This document shows, piece by piece, positions 54,588 to 64,000 of a stretch of 64,000 bases of DNA. This stretch comes from Octopus vulgaris. Lineage: Eukaryota. The position numbers were made by a program, and so were the translations under genes. Position 1 is the stretch's first letter, and each line of letters begins with the position of its first letter. The stretch lies in NCBI GenBank assembly GCA_951406725.2, contig OX597823.1:116622001-116686000 (forward strand), in the 5' to 3' direction. The notes under the pieces are model-generated. The model was given only the letters and a program-made list of their open reading frames with translations, ran no database searches and was not told the origin of the DNA.

Positions 54588-54829
54588 AATGTTTTTTTTT
54601 TTTGTTACTGTAGGAAATAACACTTGCAGCAGGAGCACTGTATAATTGATTAGTGTCTTTCCCCTTTAAAATATTTATTACAAATCCACTCAGGGGCCTA
54701 GAAAGGACAAAATAGGGTTGTGGCCTCACACACACACACACACACACTATTAACTGAGTAACAAGAAGAGAAATTTATACATGCTTTGTATTGTTACTGA
54801 AGTGTTCTTTTGATGATAAAGCTGATGTG

Positions 54830-55109
54830 TGGTAGTCATGGTGATGATGGTGATGATGATGCTCTTGATAGCAGAGGTATTGGGGTTAGGGTTAGGATGG
54901 GAGAGGTATTGGTGGTGGTGCTGGTAGGGATAGTGGTCATGATGGTGGTTGTGCTGAAGATGGTTGTAGTAGTAGTAGCGGTAATGATGGTGGGGATGGC
55001 AGTGGTGGTGATAATTGTGGCAGTGATGATGGAGTATGATGTTAGTATTGATGATGTTGAGTATAGTAGTATAATTGGTGATGACAATAAAGATGATGAT
55101 GATGATGAC

Positions 55110-55142
<33 letters not shown>

Positions 55143-55560
55143 GCCCCTTTCAACACTCAAGAAATCAGCTTATGCTGTCAGAGTGTCGAGGGACCATTAC
55201 CGATGGAGTGTTACTGTTGTGTGCACATTCTTCTAGTTCACTCTTTTTACCAAGGAGACCATCAACAGAGGAATTTATAAGTAACGGAGGAGAAGAAGAA
55301 GAAGAGCTGATGATGATGATCAAGAAGGAGAAGATGATGATGAAGAAATCGACAAAGAAAAAAAATGAAGAAGAAAAAGAAGAAGAAGGAGGAAGAGGAG
55401 TTGATAATGAAGAAAATGAAGAAGAAGAAGAAGAAAAGCTGATGATGATGATCAAGAAGGAAAAGATGGTGATGAAGAAATCGACAAAGAAGAAAACGAA
55501 GAAGAAGGAGGAGGAGGAGCAGGAGAAGAAGAAAATAATGAAGAAGTAGAAGTAGAAGAA
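54830..55560. repeat. Degenerate (GAT/GGT)n and (GAA)n tracts with an internal ~60-bp duplication
   Basis: AGCTGATGATGATGATCAAGAAGG...AAATCGACAAAGAA at ~55305 and ~55437. Confidence 0.85.
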
Positions 55561-56714
55561 GAAATATTTTCTCGGTTGCTATAATGCATGCCTGGTGTTG
55601 CATTGTGGAGTGGTGTTGTGTGAGTTGGTAGGAAGGGTGGGGTGGAAATCGATGAAGGGGAGGAAAAAGAAAATGGAAAAACTGAGGAAAAGAATGAAGA
55701 AAAGACTCCACAAAGAATGGACGACCAATGGAGAAGGCTTTGCTTGGTAAAAAACATTGGAAATTAAATTTCACTTGGGAACGGACGTGGATTCTAATAT
55801 GTATCTGGACATGTACGTGTGTGTGTGTGTGTGTCTGTTGGTTTGTGTTTAATGGGAAATAAAGGGTAAGCAGCACTTGTATAGTTTAAAAAAAGGTAGG
55901 AGGATTTTTCCCATTACTCTGAAGTAATTATATTAGGGAGCACTTAGAGGTTTCCAGCTTCAATTTGAATAAGGAATGAGTTGTATGTGCACGTGTGTGA
56001 GTGTGCGTGTGTGTGAGTGTGTGTGTGTGTGTGTGTGAATATGTATGTATGTATATGAGCATGTTTGCATGTGTCTGTTTGTAAGTTTGTGAGTGTGTAT
56101 GTGTGCAAATGTGTACATGCATGTGTGCGTGTGTGTGTGTAAATATATGTCTGTGTGCATGTGTGTGAGTGAATATGTAGATGTGTGAATAATGAATGAG
56201 CTGTGAGTTGTGCTGTGTTCTGCTTTTTCTTCCATAAATTATAGAACTACATTGATTGTGAATAAAGAAAACAGAAGCGTGTGTGTGTGTGTTCATGTGT
56301 TTGTGTGTGTTTGTGTGTGTGTGTTTGTGTGTGTGTGTTTGTGTGTTTATACTTGATTACTATATCTTGTTTCATAAGCCTTCTCATTCATGTGCATTTC
56401 ACAATGTGACTGCTTTCACAGACGCGTTCAGGTGGATGTATGCAAGTGTAGTATGTTTGTTAGTGTGTGAAGGAATACCTAAGCATTGATTGTGGAAAAT
56501 TTGAACTTGTAACTTACATATTAGCAATCCAATACCTTATTCATTCAAGCATTCCACCTCATTCATGCCTGTTTTTCTTTCCCTTTTCATTTCTTTTTCC
56601 TTCTCCCTCACTCATCCTCTTTCTCTCACCTACGACCCCTTCTCTTCATATAAAGCTTATGTTGTAACGTGTTCCTTATCAGCTGCAGCTAGTTTATCAA
56701 ACATATAGGATATA

Positions 56715-56946
56715 TATTTCTTTACTACCCACAAGGGGCTAAACACAGAGGGGACAAACAAGGACAGACAAATAGATTAAGTCAATTACATCGACCCCAG
56801 TGCGTAACTGGTACTTAATTTATCGACCCCGAAAGGATGAAAGGCAAAGTCGACCTCAGCGGAATTTGAACTCGGAACGTAACGACAGACGAAATATGGC
56901 TACACATTTCACTCGGCGTTCTAACGTTTCTGCCAGCTCGCCGCCA
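56715..56946 (-). mobile_element. SINE family A, young full-length copy with TSD
   Basis: Flanked by ATCAAACATATAGGATAT at ~56696-56713 and ~56946-56963. Confidence 0.92.
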
Positions 56947-57039
56947 TCAAACATATAGGATATGAAACTCTACTGTATTTCTTTTATTTTCCTCCTGTCA
57001 ACTTTACCTAGTAGTAGGACTCTGTCTGAACCATTGGAT

Positions 57040-57990
57040 ATTCCACTCCGTATGACAATTCCACTGTACTCTTCCAGTTACTTTTTCCAAATATTATAGA
57101 TCTTCATGATGTAGATCACCACCTGTCTCCATGAAATTTCAGGTGTAGAAGCCAAACCTGGAATCAAAGTGCCTTAAAGTTAACTCAGCAAAAGCTGGAG
57201 TTTTAGTCAGCTGGAAAGCAGACAGGGCACCACTCACACATTGAAAATGGCCCTACTCAATATGTGGAAAAGATTTATGGAGAAATTCTGTACAGTGTAC
57301 TGAATGCAAACCAAGAACACATAATTGGCACCATGGATTCATAGGAAGATTAACAGAGTGAGAACTCTGTCTAAGACAGATGCGCAAGAGCAATAAACTC
57401 TAAGAACCTGTGGGAAATAGATTTTCTCAAATGTCTTGGAGGTTCACTAATGCTAGCAGGCGGCAAACTGGCAGAAACGTTAGCACATCGGACGAAATGC
57501 TTAGCGGTATTTTATCTGCCGCTACGTTCTGAGTTCAAATACCGCTGAGGTCAACAGTGCCTTTCATCCTTTCGGAGTCAATTAAATAAGTATCAGTTAT
57601 GCACTGGGGTCGATATAATCGACTTAATCCGTTTGTCTGTCCTTGTTTGTCCTCTCCATGTTTAGCCCCTTGTGGGTAGTAATGAAATAGGTGTATTCCA
57701 TTTCACAGGTTACCTATGAAACAGAATATACCTAATTAACAGGTGGATGGTCTGAAAGCTTAATTGCTGGCATAGGAACAGGATGCAGTAAGTTTAGGGA
57801 ACTATTTAGTACTTATGCTATCAACAGAAGTAACCAAAGGTCTCTCTGTCAGACAGAAGGGCAGATTGTGTGTTGGTTGTGTATGAATTGTAATGCTGTG
57901 TGGTAGTGAAATGTGGGCTGGGATTGCAGGGCATTTGCAAAAAACACTCTTTTATGCAAGTATATGATTAAGCCTTTTGTGTGCAGAAAT
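57040..57990 (+). mobile_element. Decayed RTE reverse-transcriptase region, interrupted by a family-A SINE (57459-57689)
   Basis: NLESKCLKVNSAKAGVLVSWKAD, Cys-rich insert, SKFREL...GLSVRQKGRL...VMLCGSEMWA; many stops and frameshifts. Confidence 0.7.
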
Positions 57991-58089
57991 TGAGATGGCC
58001 CTACTACTGAGCTGATGACATGGCTCTATAGCTGTTGTTTTGGCACATTAATTTCGGATAATTGTCCACTTCTTGAGAATGTCATCCTG

Positions 58090-58415
58090 TCTTTACTCTT
58101 TTAATTGTTTCTGCCTTTAGTTGAGCAAATCGACCCCAGGACTTATTCTTTATAACCTTAGTACTTATTCTATCGATCTCTTTTGCCAAACCTCTAATTT
58201 ATGGGGATGTAAACACACCAGCATTGGTTGTCAAGCGATGTTGGGGGGACAAATACAGACATACAAACATACATATATATATACATATATACAACAGGCT
58301 TCTTTCAGTTTCCGTCTACCAAATCCACTCACAAGGCTTTGGTCAGCCTGAGGCTATAGTAGAAGATGCTTGCCCAAGGTGCCATGCAGTGGGACTGAAC
58401 CCGGAACTATGTGGT
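58090..58415 (-). mobile_element. SINE family B
   Basis: Matches the family B consensus. Confidence 0.85.
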
Positions 58416-59007
58416 TAGTTCCAAGTTCAGTCCCACTGCATCTTGTTCACAGCCAATAACAGTTGCCTGTAGATATTTGTTTACGCTTCTCAAAATGAAG
58501 ATAATTTCAAGAGAAATCGAGAATTTATATGCAATTTAGCATTTCTTTCTTCATCTTTGTTGTCCATCATCATACTACTGGCCATCTAGGCTTATTTTTC
58601 TTAGCTCATTTATATACACACACCTACACACATACACACACACACACACAATCAAATATTTAATTCATACTTGTTATTCCAACAAAATATATTTCATCAG
58701 ATTAACGATTATGGAATTAATATTTTATTCCCTCTCAGACTTACCTCGTAATTCTTTATTCTTGGTGGCTAGACATAGCTTCTTTTGAATTTGTCACCCC
58801 CTGGAATCTATACATGTACATCTATCACCCATTGGATTCTATACACATATATAAATATTTGATGTGCTTGCTGTCAGTAAATCTTCTGCATTGTATGGTC
58901 TTGTTGTTTTGAATTGTCCTTCATTCTGCTAAGGTTGAACTTGTTAAAGGACTCTTTGTTTCTTTGGTCTTGTTTGCATTATTACCGATATTGATGGTGT
59001 GTGATTG

Positions 59008-59428
59008 GGATCTTTTCGGTTTGAATAGCAGTTTTTTCTAGCGGTGTCATATGAAATTGTCACCCATAATTATGACCCTAGTATCGATCTATTGCATTTC
59101 AATCTGTTTTAGGGTTAGGGTTTGTTAGGGGTGGGGGGAAGGGTATCTTTTTTTCTTCACAAATGTAAATAAACCCAATCTGTTTCTTAAATGAGGGACA
59201 TATTCATACGGCACAGAATGTTTTTTTACGTTAATAGACGTCAGTGATTGGTTGAAATTGCAGAAATTGAAGAAAAAAAACAACAAATATCTCACAAACT
59301 ATAGAATTTTCTCAATAAAGCCAAGAGAAAAGATGTTTTATAAACACATTCTATCAGTATACGAAGTTTAAAATTTTTTAGTTACCTAGAAATTATGTTA
59401 AAAACTGCCGTTCAAACTGAAAAGATCC
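59008..59428. mobile_element. MITE with GG...CC termini, perfect 8-bp TSD (Merlin-like) and internal TTAGGG repeats
   Basis: TIR GGATCTTTTCGGTTTGAATAGCAGTTTTT / AAAAACTGCCGTTCAAACTGAAAAGATCC; TSD TGTGATTG at 59000-59007 and 59429-59436. Confidence 0.88.
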
Positions 59429-60127
59429 TGTGATTGTCTTCATTGGTAGTTTATCATGGCTAGGATAATACTTAATTAAGGGTTTCTAATTTTTGGAGGT
59501 TTAGGGATATTTTGGGGGGTATCAGAGGAGAAAGCAGGTTTTGAACCTTTTCTTGTAAACCTGAATATAACCACGATAGTTGGATGGCATGAAGGTTAGC
59601 AGAGCTGGTAGTGGTAGAAATGGTGGCACTCTGGAGGAGGAGGAGGAGGAGGAGGAATGTGTTAACTGATAAAAATTTTGTCTTAGATAAACACCACCAG
59701 TTTCCATAGTTTCCAGAACTGACTTTTGTTTCAGAGTAGTTAATTTGTGGATGTGTATGTGTGTACCATAGGGAAAACCTCAGTTTGTGCATCCATGTGT
59801 GTGTGTGTGTGTGTGTGTTGACAGAGAGAATGTGTGTGTGTGTGTGTGTGTGTGGTGGAGAGAAAGCCTTTGTGTATGTGTCAGATAGGGAAAAGAGGAA
59901 CGTGTGTGTATGTGTATATGTGAGGTGTGTGTGTGTGCATATGTATATGTGAAATAATTGCATCAAGAAGTACTGTTGGTGCAAAAGAGAATAAAGAGGT
60001 GTGGAAAAGAAGAAGATAAAAAACGGTGATTATTTGTGGAAGTTGGAGATATTTTCTTGAACCTCGTCTATGAAACCATTTATTACTTACTTATGACAAC
60101 TTTTTATAATCTGCGTGTACATGAGTC

Positions 60128-60870
<743 letters not shown>

Positions 60871-60877
60871 AACTTAT

Positions 60878-60952
<75 letters not shown>

Positions 60953-61631
60953 GTTTGTTCCTTTTATTACTGAAATCCAATGCAAAACAAGTGTTCTTTT
61001 ATTTATGCTTTTTTTTTTTATTCTCTTCCTGAATGTTTCACATTTGTTGCTGTTGTTTTTGTTGTTGTTGTTGATGTAGAGAATTAATGGAAACTCTCTG
61101 AGTGAATGTTTTTCAATGGAAAGTCTAAAAGGCAATATTAAATAATCGCAATGGTTGCTCGCTAAACTTGACACACTTTGCTCTGAGCTTCTCTTAACTA
61201 AAAACCATTCCTTCTGCTTTACCAAAGAAAGAGATGAAGTCGGTGGGTGGAAACAACACTCTCAAAAGAAGACAAGTTGTAGCATTCTTTTTGTTTGTTT
61301 GTTTGTTTTGCTTTTGTTTGTATTTTTTTCTTTAAAAGTGTTATAATGACTCCCAATGCTCTCAGTCTAATAAAGCTTAACTCTAGAGTAATATATGTGA
61401 CTTTAGAAGAAGCAGTAGTTTGGCAAGTCAAACATTACCAAAAATACATTTTTACCTTATACTGATGGCACAAAGATCTTCCTGGCACTGGCATTCTGGA
61501 GGTTTTCTGCTTGTTCAGTTACACTAGTGTGTGTGTGTGTGTCCATATACATGCACACATGTTTTTATGTATAAATATATACATATGTATATGTATGTAT
61601 GTATATATATGTATATATACAAATCTATCTA

Positions 61632-61678
<47 letters not shown>

Positions 61679-61791
61679 AGATTCAGTTGAATTAGGTACT
61701 TACACTGAAGTACCAGATCAGTATGGTATTATCCATACAACTCAAAGTAAGTTGAATAAGATCAAAATAAGCAACAGGATATCAAGAGGTG

Positions 61792-61880
61792 ATGCAGTAC
61801 AACCGTTTCAAGCAACTCCATTCAATTGAACAATGCAATCATTACGTCAATTTTTAATGCAGAGCTATTCTCAGCTGCAT
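61792..61880 (-). ncRNA. Eroded hammerhead motif in a Penelope-like fragment
   Basis: ATGCAG-CTGAGA-ATAGCTC...GAGTTGCTT-GAAAC-GGTT-GTA-CTGCAT; perfect 6-bp stem I, damaged CUGANGA box. Confidence 0.55.
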
Positions 61881-62119
61881 AAATATATAAAGAGAATTTT
61901 TAATCAGTTGGACACATTAATACAATTTTACTCAAATGCTCTAATAGAGCAAGAATAGGGAAAGAGTCCATGTTGCCACTAATGTAGCTAAGAATATACT
62001 ACAATTCTAAGACCTGTAAGGAGTCTGTTGGGGTCATAGCTTGTAAAGGATTGTGGTTCATTTTTAATTTATTAGTCTGTTTTATCAACTACCAAATCTA
62101 AGACAAAAGGACTGAGTCT

Positions 62120-62640
62120 GTTTAGATGGTGCTTTTTACATGCCACTGGCACAGGTATCACAACTACAATTTCCATTTGATTTTTATTTTGATGTTGATG
62201 TACTTGACTCAATAGGTCTCCTCAAGCACAGAAGGTCACCCTACGATCCAAGGTAAGCTCAGCAGGTCATTCTGCAATCCAAGGTACTTTGGATGGGCTG
62301 GGGCTGCTATGCGAAACTGGTGCAGGAAACAGCCATGAACCCACGTTATTTGTCGGGTCTTTGCAGTCACAGCATATCTCCAGAGATCTCGGTCTTTCAT
62401 CATTGCCTCTGTGAGGCCCAACTTTCGAAGGTCATGCTGGACTACTTCATCCCATAAAGACACCCTGTACACTCTGAGGTAATTGGTGTTAGGTAGGGCA
62501 TCAGCTGTAGAAACCATGCCAAAGCAGACAGCAGAGCCGAGTGCAGTTCTTTGGCTTGTCACCTCCTGTTAAACTGTCCAACTCATGCCAGCATGGAAAA
62601 ACGACATTGAATAAGGACAATGATAACAATGATGATGGTG
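62120..62640. mobile_element. RTE 3' end with inverted upstream part
   Basis: 62120-62452 minus (WDEVVQHDLRKLGLTEAMMKDRDLWRYAVTAKT and UTR); 62455-62640 plus (terminal UTR and GAT tail). Confidence 0.75.
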
Positions 62641-62798
62641 AATACACATGTGTGCATGTGTGTGTGTATGTATGTGTGTGTGTATGTATGTATGTATGTA
62701 TGTATGTATGTGTGTGTGTAAGTATGTATGTATGTATGTATGTATGTATGTATGTATGTATGTATGTGTGTGTGTAAGTATGTATGTATGGATGTATG

Positions 62799-62829
<31 letters not shown>

Positions 62830-63087
62830 GTATGTATGTATGTATGTATGTATGTATGTATGTATGTATGTATGTGTGTGTGTAAGTATGTATGTATGTA
62901 TGTATGTATGTATGTATGTATGTTATATATATGTGTAGTGCATGAATTTGTGTGTGGTCATGTTTGCTTGGGAACCATATGATTCAGAATTTATTCCCCT
63001 TGCATGGAGAATGCCAGCTGGTTGTGTCTCCTGTGGCCTTGGGTTAGTCAATACCTTGTGAGAGAAGTTTGCAAGATAGAAACTAGA

Positions 63088-63311
63088 AGCTGGCAGAATC
63101 GGTAGCACACCGGGCGAAATGCTTAGCAGTATCTCGTCGGCCGTTATGTTCTGAGTTCAAATTCCACCAAAATCGACGTTGCCTTTCATCCTTTCGAGGT
63201 CGATAAATTAAGTACCAGTTACACACTGGGGTCGATATAATCGACTTAATCCGTTTGTCTGTCCTTCTTTGTCCCCTCTATGTTTAGCCCCTTGTGAACA
63301 ATAGAGAAATA
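63088..63311 (+). mobile_element. SINE family A inserted into a decayed SINE B head
   Basis: Consensus match; AAACTAGAAGCT duplicated at ~63080 and ~63314. Confidence 0.88.
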
Positions 63312-64000
63312 AAAAACTAGAAGCTCATTGTTTGCTAGTAATGGATTTGAACTCACAACTGAAGGTTGGAAAAAAAACAGTGTTTTAAACCCTTACAGCA
63401 TTGGACATGCTTTTATCCATAATACCTCATTCATCATCCTCTTCTCCATGCTGATGCTGGCATGAGTTGGATAAAGTCTTATCTATTTATAGCTAAATAA
63501 ACTGAGCCAATAATAGATACCTATTATCATTATCAGCAGAGCACAACAATGTCGTAGGGTGGAAACCCTATTGAGCAATGCTACGGATGACATTTATATA
63601 AATCACAAATAGATTTTCGAATGGCATTTCTGATCAATATCAAGTCAGTAGAGTTTTTACATGGCAATCCTTAACATTCTCACCAATTTGTGTGCATTGA
63701 ATAAAAGATGGCATGCAGTATTTGTAATTTATTGAAGTTTGACCTACTGATGCTAACAGCCAATGAATTATATAAATGTAGTCTGGAGATAGACTTTAAT
63801 GTATATCAATAGTTTTGTTATTTTTATGAGATAAAGCAACAAAACTTGTTGAAATGGTCAGGCGGTTTTGGAGTAAATTTAGACTAAATGGATATTCTAC
63901 AGGAAGCTGTATAGAGTGCGGCAGAGACAGATATGCTGCTCAGTGGGAGATAACCGTTTCTGAGAAGATCTATCTTGTGTCTTCTGTGGAGACTTTTTTT

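Noticed and set aside
54880-54900. GGGGTTAGGGTTAGG telomere-like run
   Set aside because: Only about two units inside a degenerate GGT/GAT microsatellite
55172-55549. Lys/Glu-rich ORF
   Set aside because: GAA/GAT low-complexity sequence with a local duplication; no recognisable domain

Overview
AT-rich, microsatellite-saturated eukaryotic non-coding DNA. The repeat content (tRNA-derived SINEs resembling the octopus OK/OR families, RTE tails ending in (GAT)n, very long (TA)n tracts) suggests a cephalopod, probably Octopus; this is inferred from recall, not from a search. I can support no intact host protein-coding gene: the long ORFs are microsatellite artefacts or decayed transposon fragments. 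The window holds many copies of two main SINE families, RTE, R4/Dong-like, CR1, Tx1/L1 and Penelope-like retroelement remnants, a near full-length dead Tc1, a truncated mariner, hAT-, piggyBac- and Merlin-like non-autonomous elements, and an 877-bp tandem duplication. The most interesting signals are: (i) about eight minimal hammerhead-ribozyme motifs, one with an intact core; (ii) small palindromic elements with a truncated hammerhead, or a tRNA-Thr(GGT)-like cassette, between their arms; (iii) recurrent head-to-tail SINE multimers with a self-complementary junction; (iv) MITEs carrying TTAGGG repeats. Coordinates were counted by eye and element edges are approximate.
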